A stretch of DNA of 64,000 nucleotides from a virus, in IMG/VR virus record IMGVR_UViG_3300037230_000036, positions 27,269 to 91,268 of that record, one strand, 5' to 3'. The notes under the pieces are model-generated. The model was not told where the DNA came from. It worked only from the letters and a program-made list of their open reading frames with translations, and made no database searches. The position numbers were made by a program, and so were the translations under genes. Shown here in pieces: positions 1 to 8,701 of this stretch; the stretch's first letter is position 1, and every line of letters starts with the position of its first letter.

Positions 1-2
1 GC

Positions 3-1502
3 GCCTTCTACTGGATGCTGGGGGCGAACGCCGCGACCACCGCCAAGATCATGCTGCATGGACCTCTCCGCGGCGTCCCGATCCTGACCACCGGACTCGG
101 CGTCACCGGCCGGGCCCGTGCCGCGGCAACCTATCTCGGGGCCAGCAAGGACATCCTCAAAGGTTTCCGGATCGGCCGCGACGGGCTCCAGGTCGATATC
201 GCTGCCGGCGCTCGAGACGGGGCCGAGCGTGCCCTCGTCGCCGACGCGGAGCGCCAAGCCATCGTTCATCCGCAGACCACCGACGAAATGGCCGCAGTGC
301 GCCAGCGGGGCGAGGATGCGCTGTCGCCGCGCGCCAGGGGAATGCGCCGGTTCCTCAACATCTGGTCCTCGAACGTCTCCGCCGCGGACCGATTGACCCG
401 GGGGGCCGTGCTGCTCTCCGGCTACCGCACCGCTAAGGCCGAGGGCATGGAGACCATCAACCGGGTCTGGGATCGCGACCTGAATTGGCGGGACAACCCG
501 GAGCGCACCCCGGAAGGTTTCGCGAAGTTCCTCGTCGACCAGACCGTTGGTATCTGGGGCGACATCAACCGGATGCCGTTCATGCGGTCGCAGCTCGGCG
601 GGATGCTGGGCCAGTTCCGCCAATACGAGGTCGGCTATCTCTCGAACCTGCACCAGATGCTGACCCGCATGGGGCCGGAGGGGAAGGTGACGGCGGCGCT
701 GATGCTCGGCGGCCTCGGCATGATGGGTGGCCTCGTCGCGCTGCCCTTTGCGAAGGACGCCATGCAGGCCGGGCAATGGGCCTATGGCGCCATTACGGGG
801 ACGACGCCGGATTGGCAGGATGATCTCCGCGAATCGATGGATTGGATGATGCCGGGGGCCGGCGCCGAAATCATGCAGGGGACGCGACCGCTCGGCATCG
901 ACTGGTCCGGGATCGGCTTCGGCGACCTCATCGGCCGCAACGCGCAGTCGCCGCTCGATCTCCTCGGTGCCGCCGGGTCGATGGCGGTTGGTGCCCCGCA
1001 GCGTGCGATCCAGCGGGAGCGCAGCGGCCAGAGCGATCTCGCAGCCTTCGCCGAACTGACCCCGAACGCGGTCAAGCACATGCTGCAGGCGCTGTATCCG
1101 GAAATCAGTCTCTACTCGGCGAGCGGATCGACGAAGATCGCAGAAGCCCCGACCGAAGCGGATCGCGTCCGCACCGGGCTCGGGTTCCAGTTGGGCTCCC
1201 GCGCCGAGCATTTTCAGCAGAGCAGCGAAGCCTATCGCCGCAGCGACGCTGCGCATGCTGCGCTCACTATGGCGGAAAACCGGATCGCGAACCTGCGGGA
1301 CCGCGGGGAGCCGATCAACGATGCCCTCGTCGATGCCGAGCATGTGATCCAGCAGGGAGAGCGCAGCGGCGTCTTTTCGCCGACGGAAGTCAGCACCTTC
1401 CGCCGCGATCTCCAGCACAAGTTCCAGCAGCGCGCCAATCCCCAGGCGGGATCGCCGACGATGCGGAGAATTCAGGCGATGCAGCCGACAGTCCAGCAAT
1501 AG
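3..1502 (+). CDS. C-terminal part of a large internal virion / DNA-ejection-type protein (5' truncated by window edge)
   Basis: ORF is open from the window edge. It is helical and Ala/Gly-rich with a hydrophobic stretch (ALMLGGLGMMGGLVALPF), and sits at the end of a podovirus structural module. Confidence 0.55.
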   Translation, partial: AFYWMLGANAATTAKIMLHGPLRGVPILTTGLGVTGRARAAATYLGASKDILKGFRIGRDGLQVDIAAGARDGAERALVADAERQAIVHPQTTDEMAAVRQRGEDALSPRARGMRRFLNIWSSNVSAADRLTRGAVLLSGYRTAKAEGMETINRVWDRDLNWRDNPERTPEGFAKFLVDQTVGIWGDINRMPFMRSQLGGMLGQFRQYEVGYLSNLHQMLTRMGPEGKVTAALMLGGLGMMGGLVALPFAKDAMQAGQWAYGAITGTTPDWQDDLRESMDWMMPGAGAEIMQGTRPLGIDWSGIGFGDLIGRNAQSPLDLLGAAGSMAVGAPQRAIQRERSGQSDLAAFAELTPNAVKHMLQALYPEISLYSASGSTKIAEAPTEADRVRTGLGFQLGSRAEHFQQSSEAYRRSDAAHAALTMAENRIANLRDRGEPINDALVDAEHVIQQGERSGVFSPTEVSTFRRDLQHKFQQRANPQAGSPTMRRIQAMQPTVQQ

Positions 1503-1512
1503 CCGGCGCATC

Positions 1513-1541
1513 TTCCTTTTCACGAAACGTCGCTGTAGTAT
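1513..1541 (+). promoter_or_regulatory. Putative late promoter (TT-35 ... CACG-N9-TG-TAGTAT)
   Basis: CACG at 1521-1524 and TGTAGTAT at 1534-1541. The same spacing recurs at 60203 and 63629, and partly at 41729. Confidence 0.5.
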
Positions 1542-1573
1542 CTCCGCGCTCAACCCTGCGTCTGGAGATGGCG

Positions 1574-2995
1574 ATGTCGCGCAAACTCACGAAGCTCTTT
1601 GCGGGTGCCCTGTTTGCGGCGTCGCTGTTCCTGCTCCCGCTGACCGCCGCCATTGCCCAGAGCGGGTCTGTCGGCTGCCCGATTTCGAGTACCATCGAAA
1701 AGACGGTCGCCGGAACGTCCTACACGGTCTTGCTGTCCGACCAGTGCAAGTTGCTCGCCTTTACGAACAGCGGCTCCGTTGCGGTCACGCTGCCCAATGC
1801 GGCAGCGACCTTCCCGGTCGGGTTCCGCGTCAGCATGCGGGCGCAAGGGGCCGGCACCGTCACCGTGACACCGACCACATCGACGATCAATGCCGGCTCG
1901 ACCGTCTCGGCGGCGTCCGGCTTCGGCTTCGATATCTGGACCGACGGCGTCAACTACTGGACCCAGGGCGGCGGCGCCCCCGGCGGCTCCGGCTCCTTCA
2001 ACACCGTGACCTTCGGTGCGTCCTCGACGATCGGTGGCACTCTTGCTGGCGGCTCGACGGCCGCAACGATCGCCGCCACCGGCGCTTCCGGAAACCTGAT
2101 CGTCGGCACGGCGGATCAGAGCGGCGGCGTCTATCTCGGGGGCGGCGCGACCACCGTCGGCAATGCGGCTCTCCAGGCTGCTCCGGGCACCGGCACGATC
2201 GTCAACCAGGTCGTCGTTACCCCTGGCGCGACGGGCACGGCCCCTTCGGTTCTCGCCGGCGGATCGCTCGCCGATGCCGGAGAGGGGGCCGTCTTCGGAA
2301 CGAACGGCACCGGCACGCTCAGCTTCGATACCAGCGGATCGACGGTCCAGTTTCAGGTTCTCCGCACGGCTTCGGCGGTCAACAATCTGACCGTCACGGG
2401 GTCCACCGGAACCGGCGCCGTCACGCTCGGCACGAGCGGCACCGGGGGGACGATCCCGATTGTCATCGCACCGAAATCGACGGGTATTCTTGCGCTCGGC
2501 GGCACGACAGTCGCGAACTCCGCCGTGCAGATTACGCCGGTCGCGAGCAGCGTCGACTTTCTCGCTGCCACGGGCTCCGCCGCGGGTACGCCCGGCTCGG
2601 TTAGCCTCTACGCTGCCGGCACGGACACCAATGTCCTGCTCAATCTCGGTCCGAAGGGGTCGGGATATCTCAACCTCGCGTCGTCGGCCGGCACCCCGGC
2701 GCACATCGTCACCACGCAGACGACGCCGCCAGCGTTGACCTCATGCGGCGGCGGTTCACCGGCTATCACCGGGTCCGATACCGCCGGCATCGTCACGATG
2801 GGGACGTCTGCCACGGGTTGCGTGATTACGTTCAACGTTGCCTACACGACGGCGCCGTATTGCATCGTGAACTGGATCGCGACGCCGCTCGCTTCGCAAA
2901 GCTGGGCGACAACCAACACGGCAATCACGCTGACGCAGACTTCGGCCAGCACCAACAAGGCCGTGTATTTCTGCTCTGGCACCACCGGCGGCTGA
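1574..2995 (+). CDS. Thr/Gly/Ser-rich fibre-like protein with N-terminal signal peptide
   Basis: GGAG RBS at 1564-1567. N-terminus MSRKLTKLFAGALFAASLFLLPLTAAIA|Q; beta-rich repeats; 6 Cys in three pairs. Confidence 0.65.
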   Translation: MSRKLTKLFAGALFAASLFLLPLTAAIAQSGSVGCPISSTIEKTVAGTSYTVLLSDQCKLLAFTNSGSVAVTLPNAAATFPVGFRVSMRAQGAGTVTVTPTTSTINAGSTVSAASGFGFDIWTDGVNYWTQGGGAPGGSGSFNTVTFGASSTIGGTLAGGSTAATIAATGASGNLIVGTADQSGGVYLGGGATTVGNAALQAAPGTGTIVNQVVVTPGATGTAPSVLAGGSLADAGEGAVFGTNGTGTLSFDTSGSTVQFQVLRTASAVNNLTVTGSTGTGAVTLGTSGTGGTIPIVIAPKSTGILALGGTTVANSAVQITPVASSVDFLAATGSAAGTPGSVSLYAAGTDTNVLLNLGPKGSGYLNLASSAGTPAHIVTTQTTPPALTSCGGGSPAITGSDTAGIVTMGTSATGCVITFNVAYTTAPYCIVNWIATPLASQSWATTNTAITLTQTSASTNKAVYFCSGTTGG

Positions 2996-3066
2996 TCCGA
3001 AGTATTTGAATGCTGAAGCCGGGAGGGCTAGGTTCAGTCCTCCCGGACACCATCGGAGATGCCTCG

Positions 3067-3378
3067 ATGCGACTCATATTGACCGCGAGCGCGGTATTGT
3101 TCCTCGGCGCGGCCGGCGTATCAGCCGCCGCCGATTCCAACACCCCGAAGCAATACACGCTTACCGTGACCTCGGATGAGGTGAACGAGATCGGCGCCGC
3201 TCTCGGCAACGAACCCTTCAACAAGGTCTCCGCGCTGATGGAGAAGCTGAAGGCCCAGGTCACCGAGCAGACGCTGAAGGCCTCGGCGGCGGCATTGCCG
3301 AAATCTGACCCCGACAAGGCCGCGGGGGCGCCGGCCGCAGTTCCCGCGAAGCCCGACGAGACCGCACCCGTGAAATAG
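3067..3378 (+). CDS. Small signal-peptide protein, chaperone-like gene following the fibre
   Basis: MRLILTASAVLFLGAAGVSAAA leader; motif EVNEIGAALGNEPFNKVSALMEKL. Confidence 0.55.
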   Translation: MRLILTASAVLFLGAAGVSAAADSNTPKQYTLTVTSDEVNEIGAALGNEPFNKVSALMEKLKAQVTEQTLKASAAALPKSDPDKAAGAPAAVPAKPDETAPVK

Positions 3379-3404
3379 TCCTGGGCCCTGTTGGAAGTCC
3401 ATAA

Positions 3405-3932
3405 ATGAGCACCTGCGCCTCTCTCCCGGACTCTGCCGCGAATGCCGTTCTCGACTTTGTGTCGGTCGAGGAGAGCGACGGCAATTACGACGCCTATATC
3501 GGGCACGCCGGGGCACCGGCCGGGACGATCACGGGCAAAACGATCGCCGAGGTCTATGCATTCCAGCGGCAACTCGTCGACGATGGGGAGCCATCCTCGG
3601 CGGCTGGCCGATATCAGTTCATCCAGGTCACGTTGGAAGAATGCGTCCAGACCGCTGGCCTGCCATTGACCACCCTATTCACGCCGGCCGTACAGGATCA
3701 GCTTGCCCTTCAGCTGTTGAACACCCGCGGCTTTGCTCGCTGGAGGGTCGGGGAGTTGTCGGACGCGGCGTTCGCCCACAACCTGTCATGCGAGTGGGCA
3801 TCGCTTCCAGACCCGCAGAATGCAGGGAAGTCGCATTATGACGGTGTGGGACCGAATCATGCCGGGCGCACGCTCAGCGAGGTCTATGCAGCCCTGGCCG
3901 CGGCACGAGCCTCGACGGTGTCCCCGACGTAA
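3405..3932 (+). CDS. Endolysin, lambda-R-like muramidase/lytic transglycosylase
   Basis: ESDGNY, SSAAGRYQFIQVT, QDQLALQLL and EWASLP motifs. Confidence 0.85.
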   Translation: MSTCASLPDSAANAVLDFVSVEESDGNYDAYIGHAGAPAGTITGKTIAEVYAFQRQLVDDGEPSSAAGRYQFIQVTLEECVQTAGLPLTTLFTPAVQDQLALQLLNTRGFARWRVGELSDAAFAHNLSCEWASLPDPQNAGKSHYDGVGPNHAGRTLSEVYAALAAARASTVSPT

Positions 3933-3954
3933 AAGACCCCGCCGGAGCGGGGTC
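3931..3954. terminator. Hairpin after endolysin
   Basis: GACCCCGC-CGGA-GCGGGGTC preceded by AAAA. Confidence 0.45.
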
Positions 3955-4086
3955 AAGGTCGGGAGGAAACGCCTAAGAGACGTACAGCACGAGCGCATGC
4001 GCCCTCATACCGTGAGCGGCAATGTAGACTTTGGGATCAATTTCCGGTAGCCCTTATTGCAGAGTTCTTACCTCGCGGAGCCGGTC

Positions 4087-4458
4087 ATGGATTCAACGCA
4101 TGCGGCTGTTGGCGTCAGCGCTGGCGGTGCTGTCGGCATCCTGACGGGGCTCATCGCCGGGACCTGGAAGCTCGACCCGACGCTCGCATCCGATTGGGCG
4201 ATGGCGGTTGTCGGCACCGCAGGATTCGCAGGGGGTTGGCTGACCTGGTTCATCCGCTGGAAATGGCCGAGCGCCCCGCCGTTGCCGGGCGATACAATCA
4301 CTCTCGCCGGCCCCGTGACCGCAACCGTGGCCGAGCCGGCACCTGTGCCGCCGCTCGCAATGGCTGCAGCGAGCCCGATCCGACCGCTGGCACCCGCGCC
4401 GCTGCCGTCTACCATTATCGGGATCGGCGGCCAGCCTATTCCGGAACAGGGGCACTGA
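4087..4458 (+). CDS. Holin-like two-TM membrane protein
   Basis: Two hydrophobic segments and a Pro-rich tail, directly after the endolysin. Confidence 0.5.
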   Translation: MDSTHAAVGVSAGGAVGILTGLIAGTWKLDPTLASDWAMAVVGTAGFAGGWLTWFIRWKWPSAPPLPGDTITLAGPVTATVAEPAPVPPLAMAAASPIRPLAPAPLPSTIIGIGGQPIPEQGH

Positions 4459-4459
4459 A

Positions 4460-4627
4460 ATGAGCATCCTCCTCATCGTCGTTCTGGTCCTCGTGCTCGG
4501 TGGGGGCGGCTGGGGCTATTCCCGCTATGGCTACTCCCGATACGGCTACGGCGGCGGGTTCGGCATCGGCGGAATCCTGCTGCTGGTCCTGATCGTGTAC
4601 CTCATCTTCGGTCGCCTGCGGTTCTAG
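4460..4627 (+). CDS. DUF3309-like small membrane protein (55 aa, not in ORF track)
   Basis: MSILLIVVLVLVLGGGGWGYSRYGYSRYGYGGGFGIGGILLLVLIVYLIFGRLRF. Confidence 0.7.
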   Translation: MSILLIVVLVLVLGGGGWGYSRYGYSRYGYGGGFGIGGILLLVLIVYLIFGRLRF

Positions 4628-4636
4628 GGGTGGCGC

Positions 4637-4975
4637 ATGCTGGACCTCGGGGGAGTAGGAGAATTTCTTCTCGGCATCGCCGCCATAACGCCGACCGTAG
4701 TGTCCGGATTCGGAGCATTCGCGGCGTGGGGTGCGCGAACCGAGGCGAGGGCAGCGCACCGCTTTGGGAAGGCCGCGGCCGTGATCGCCGATGAGGTCCG
4801 CGTCGACATGAAGGAGCTTGCCGTCAACACGAACAGCAAGATGGACGCGACGATCGAGGCGATAAAAGCCGAGGGTGCCGCGCACGCGATTGTCACCGGG
4901 CTTGAGGGTGAGAAGGCAGGAATTGCAACAGGTGTCGCGCAGGAAGTGGCGCGGCAGAACAAGGAGACGACGTGA
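4637..4975 (+). CDS. Membrane-anchored protein (holin/inner-spanin candidate)
   Basis: N-terminal TM segment followed by a helical region; lysis cluster; overlaps the next gene. Confidence 0.5.
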   Translation: MLDLGGVGEFLLGIAAITPTVVSGFGAFAAWGARTEARAAHRFGKAAAVIADEVRVDMKELAVNTNSKMDATIEAIKAEGAAHAIVTGLEGEKAGIATGVAQEVARQNKETT

Positions 4976-5538
4976 TGCACAATTTACTGAACCCGTATCT
5001 TCCCGCTCGCGCCGCCGCTTGGTCGCTCAAGCTGGCCGGGGCGACGATTCTTGCTGTTGGGCTCGTGCTGGCTACGAGCGGATGCACGCTCCCCGTTGCC
5101 CCAACACCCCCGTCATCGGAGCAGGCCACATTTACGAAGGTGCTGAACCAACTCGGCAGCACGCAAATCCCGTCCCTACAAGATCAGGCCAACGCGGCGA
5201 TGGCTGAGACGCCGCCGAACACACACATCGCGCAATGCGCAGGCACGCTGCCCGACCCGGCCAATCCGCAAACCGGGACTGGCGCCATGTCGGTTGCGGG
5301 GGCCATTCAGAAGCTCGCCGCCGCTGCCGGGCCAAATCCGAGCGCGCTGGTGCAGACGACCGTTGCGCTCGCTTTTGCGCCCCACAGCGCGCAGTTTGAT
5401 TGGGCGGCCGGGCAGATCGAGCAGGGTTGTGTCCAGGCTCTTCAGGACGCTATCAATGCCGGAAAGGCGACGGCGGCTGATCTCCAGACCATGAACATCG
5501 CGACCGTTCTTGCGCTTGCGCAGGCGGGCACTCTCTGA
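4972..5538 (+). CDS. Lipoprotein
   Basis: Hydrophobic leader ending VLATSG|C. Confidence 0.6.
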   Translation: MMHNLLNPYLPARAAAWSLKLAGATILAVGLVLATSGCTLPVAPTPPSSEQATFTKVLNQLGSTQIPSLQDQANAAMAETPPNTHIAQCAGTLPDPANPQTGTGAMSVAGAIQKLAAAAGPNPSALVQTTVALAFAPHSAQFDWAAGQIEQGCVQALQDAINAGKATAADLQTMNIATVLALAQAGTL

Positions 5539-5687
5539 TGACGAGGCGCCCCAAACTGCATGCGGCGGTCCTCATTCTGGGACTGCTGGCGCTCGCCGGC
5601 TGCAACCAACTTGCGGCGGTGCAAGCCCAGGTCGATCAGCGGGCGCTTGTGCTTCCGCCGGAGCCTGGAAAGGACGTAGCGCCATGA
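5538..5687 (+). CDS. Small lipoprotein (49 aa, not in ORF track)
   Basis: MTRRPKLHAAVLILGLLALAG|CNQ lipobox; TGATG and ATGA coupling to neighbours. Confidence 0.65.
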   Translation: MTRRPKLHAAVLILGLLALAGCNQLAAVQAQVDQRALVLPPEPGKDVAP

Positions 5688-5830
5688 AAACCATCGTGAT
5701 CCTCGCTCTCCTGGCACTGGCAGCATGTGCGTCCGCTAGCGGAGGAGCCCCGCTGCCGCAAGGTTCGACCATCGAGCCGGGGTTCTCGCTCTTCTGCGAC
5801 ACGCACCCGCATCAGGGAACATGCCAATGA
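5684..5830 (+). CDS. Small lipoprotein (outer-spanin candidate)
   Basis: MKTIVILALLALAA|CAS lipobox. Confidence 0.65.
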   Translation: MKTIVILALLALAACASASGGAPLPQGSTIEPGFSLFCDTHPHQGTCQ

Positions 5831-5879
5831 CCCCCGTCCAGGCCGTCAACCTCGCCGCCACGAGCTACGGAGAATTTTG

Positions 5880-6209
5880 ATGGGAAGCATGTACCGGGAT
5901 CAATCTCAGGCAGAGATTGAGAAAGAGCGGAGGCGGTACGAGAAAGAACTGGAGAAGGAGCGCATCGAGGACATCGATGGAGAAATCAACTGGGCCTACT
6001 CGCAGATGCGGATCATCGAGGCCTGGTTGGAAGGCGCGATCGAGCGGAACGAGGCGCTGCTATCCGACAAGGACCAGAAGCGGATCGACAAGGCGATTGT
6101 CGTAACCCGGACCGGACTGAAGATGCTGAAGAAGGTCGTCAAGAGCCGCGCGCCGCATTTGGATACGGCGGCGTGGAAGGCTGAAGCCAAACAAACGACT
6201 CAGCAATGA
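5880..6209 (+). CDS. Hypothetical charged helical protein
   Basis: ORF with ATGA overlap into the next gene. Confidence 0.5.
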   Translation: MGSMYRDQSQAEIEKERRRYEKELEKERIEDIDGEINWAYSQMRIIEAWLEGAIERNEALLSDKDQKRIDKAIVVTRTGLKMLKKVVKSRAPHLDTAAWKAEAKQTTQQ

Positions 6210-6592
6210 TCCCCGATCAGATCGCCCAACTCAGCACCGTCAACACGCAGATCAACGCCGAGCCGTTTGTTCTCGACTCGCCGATGGAGCTGCCCGACAC
6301 CTGGAAATGCAAGCCTGACGGCAAGGGCTGGCTCTGCCGGGACTACGTGCAGTGCAAGGCCGAGACGTTGCGTGAGGCCGGATGGGACAACGCGGCTATC
6401 CCGCTGCTGACGATCCTCTGCTACGACGAACTCGGCGATTACCATGCCGTTCTTGGTGTCGCCGATGGGCCGGACGTGATGATCCTCGACAACCGCGCGC
6501 CCGATATCTACCGCCGCTCGACCCCGCCCTTCGCCTATCGATGGGATCGGATACAGATCGTCGGTAGCGACGAGTTCGAGCCGCTGACGTGA
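6206..6592 (+). CDS. Transglutaminase-like cysteine protease (BTLCP / peptidase C93, LapG-like)
   Basis: C-R-D-Y..K...L...G, HAVL.V and ILDN motifs give a Cys-His-Asp triad. Confidence 0.75.
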   Translation: MIPDQIAQLSTVNTQINAEPFVLDSPMELPDTWKCKPDGKGWLCRDYVQCKAETLREAGWDNAAIPLLTILCYDELGDYHAVLGVADGPDVMILDNRAPDIYRRSTPPFAYRWDRIQIVGSDEFEPLT

Positions 6593-6894
6593 ACACGAGT
6601 GTCAGACTTAACGATGCCGTTTTACTTCTCGCGCACGATCTTGTGCGACCGGAAGATGGCGGGGATCACTTGCCAGTGAAGTTGGCGTCAGCTCGATCGT
6701 CTGCCGATACCATCGCGGTCGCTACCGAAATCCAAGCTGTCGTCGATGGTCTGAGGCAATCCGAGCGCGAGGCGATCGTCAACTTCATCGAGCGCTGCGC
6801 CGATAAGAGCGGCCAGCCGGCAAAGAACGTCCTCGAAAACATGGCAAGCACGATCCAGGCGCTGACCGATGGGGAAATGGAGGAGTTTCGGTGA
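6589..6894 (+). CDS. Hypothetical protein
   Basis: Overlaps both neighbours by 4 nt. Confidence 0.5.
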   Translation: MNTSVRLNDAVLLLAHDLVRPEDGGDHLPVKLASARSSADTIAVATEIQAVVDGLRQSEREAIVNFIERCADKSGQPAKNVLENMASTIQALTDGEMEEFR

Positions 6895-7517
6895 CGCGAG
6901 TTGCCGCGCTCTTTGTGGAGGTTGGCGGCTGCTATTTCGGCCATCCAGACGTTGATCCATGGGATGAAACGCGCGACGCCAGAAAATATCATGGGCCGCA
7001 TCCAGTCGTGGCGCATCCGCCCTGTCAACGCTGGGGACGGTTCTGGCACGGCTCGACCAGGAAGCCGCATCAATTCACACTCGGCGACGACGCCGGTTGC
7101 TTTGCTACTGCGTTGAATGCCGTTCGCACTTACGGCGGTGTGTTGGAGCACCCTGCCGACAGTCGGGCGTTCGGGCATTTTGGACTACCGATCCCTAAGC
7201 GCGGATCGGGGTGGACCATCGCCGACGATCATGGCGGGCGATCCTGCTACGTCGAGCAGGGTCACTATGGCCATGAGGCGCGCAAGGCAACGTGGCTCTA
7301 TGCGGTCGGCGTAGAGTTCCCTGCGCTGAATTGGGAACGTGGCGAACAGAAAATCCCGCAGTGGATGACCGACCGCTACGGCTATGCCAAGGCTCGCAAA
7401 ATAGGCGTCGTCGCGATGGTTGGCGGCAAGGACAAGACCGCAATCCGCAACCGGACACCCGAACCGTTCCGAGACATACTGCTCAGTATCGCTAGGAGTG
7501 TGACGGCATTCCGATGA
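6891..7517 (+). CDS. DNA cytosine methyltransferase-like protein
   Basis: VVAHPPCQ (motif IV-like) and GGVLEHP (motif VI-like); SAM motif degenerate (ALFVEVGG). Confidence 0.65.
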   Translation: MTRVAALFVEVGGCYFGHPDVDPWDETRDARKYHGPHPVVAHPPCQRWGRFWHGSTRKPHQFTLGDDAGCFATALNAVRTYGGVLEHPADSRAFGHFGLPIPKRGSGWTIADDHGGRSCYVEQGHYGHEARKATWLYAVGVEFPALNWERGEQKIPQWMTDRYGYAKARKIGVVAMVGGKDKTAIRNRTPEPFRDILLSIARSVTAFR

Positions 7518-8179
7518 TAACCCCCGTCCAAGCCGTCACCCTCGCCAAAGCGATTTACAACCCAGGCCCGAGCGACTTCGACTGGCACGGCGGCTGTGGC
7601 TTCGTCACCCTCGGCGTGAGGCATCTACCGGACTGCGATGTTGTCGTGCCGGAAGGATCGATCACGACGCTGGATTGGTTCCGAGACGCGCTGTCTGAGG
7701 CTGGCGCGGCGATCCCCGGTTTTGAGGCGCTGGGGCCGATCCCGTTCGGATTCGCGCTGAAGCTGCCCGAAGCGCACCGGGATTTGGAGCCGTTGCTGCG
7801 GCCGGGAATCCCGACAGTCTACAGCGGGCACAGCCTTGGAGCCGTGACGGCCATTCTGCTAGCCGGGATGCATGTCTTAGCCGGCGGAAACCTCGGCGGG
7901 GTCTTCGCATTCGAGCCGCCTCGGGCCGGAACCGCGCTGCTAACGAAACTGCTCGCCCCGTATCCGCTCTACCTGACGATCAACGGGATGGACCCCGTGC
8001 CGCATCTCCCCACCCCGCCGTGGGAGCGCCCGCGCGAGGCTGTGCGGCTGGACGCGGCACCGGCGGGGATCCTGGCCTACGATCCAATCAAGTGGCACGC
8101 GATCGGGCTCGTTGCGGCTGGCGTCGCGGCATATGAGGCGTCTAACTCGGCGGCGCTCTCCCCGCCGGACCGCGCGTAG
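7514..8179 (+). CDS. Lipase class 3 / alpha-beta hydrolase
   Basis: GHSLG nucleophile elbow, FEPPRAG, DPVPHLP and a C-terminal His. Confidence 0.85.
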   Translation: MITPVQAVTLAKAIYNPGPSDFDWHGGCGFVTLGVRHLPDCDVVVPEGSITTLDWFRDALSEAGAAIPGFEALGPIPFGFALKLPEAHRDLEPLLRPGIPTVYSGHSLGAVTAILLAGMHVLAGGNLGGVFAFEPPRAGTALLTKLLAPYPLYLTINGMDPVPHLPTPPWERPREAVRLDAAPAGILAYDPIKWHAIGLVAAGVAAYEASNSAALSPPDRA

Positions 8180-8227
8180 CGGCATACCACAGAATCGCGG
8201 CGACGATCGGAAGCCAGGGCCAGAGGG

Positions 8228-8683
8228 TCATGGTCTGGTGGTTAGGGCGCGGATAACCGCCGAGGCGCCGTAGATTTCAGCAGCGTCCAATTCCTGCGCG
8301 CACCGCTCTCGCTCGGCGGTGGCTACTTCGGCCCGAAAGTCGTCGAGGGTGATGGCCAACTCCTCGATCATGCCATGAACGGTCGACTGTGTCGTGATCC
8401 GTTCGTACCATGCCTTGCTCGCAGCCTCTCTCGCCTCAGCGGTCGTCGGCTCGTTGGACTTGGCACGTCCGGCATCGACCAATACGCTTACTGCTCGGTC
8501 GATATTGTATGGCGCTGATGTACGGGCTTGGGCAGCGAAGTCGTCGAGATAGGCAAACAGCTCGTCTCGTGTGATCAACGCCATATCGGGATAGTCTGCC
8601 GGGCTCGTGCGATCGTCCTTCTCCAACAATCCCCGCCAGATTGCCTCTCGCGTCTCAACGCTCGGTTCACGATCTTGCGTCAT
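8228..8683 (-). CDS. Hypothetical phage protein
   Basis: GGGAG RBS before ATG 8683; ends with an ERERCA motif. Confidence 0.5.
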   Translation of the reverse strand: MTQDREPSVETREAIWRGLLEKDDRTSPADYPDMALITRDELFAYLDDFAAQARTSAPYNIDRAVSVLVDAGRAKSNEPTTAEAREAASKAWYERITTQSTVHGMIEELAITLDDFRAEVATAERERCAQELDAAEIYGASAVIRALTTRP

Positions 8684-8701
8684 TACTCTCTCCCTCTCAT
8701 C

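Noticed and set aside
842-1573. Upstream extension of the 717-aa ORF
   Set aside because: It overlaps the real gene 3-1502 in another frame; the RBS and signal peptide place the start at 1574 (or 1568).
2981-2995. Fibre protein also ends in GG (GTTGG*)
   Set aside because: The protein is Gly/Thr-rich and lacks beta-grasp features, so this is likely chance.
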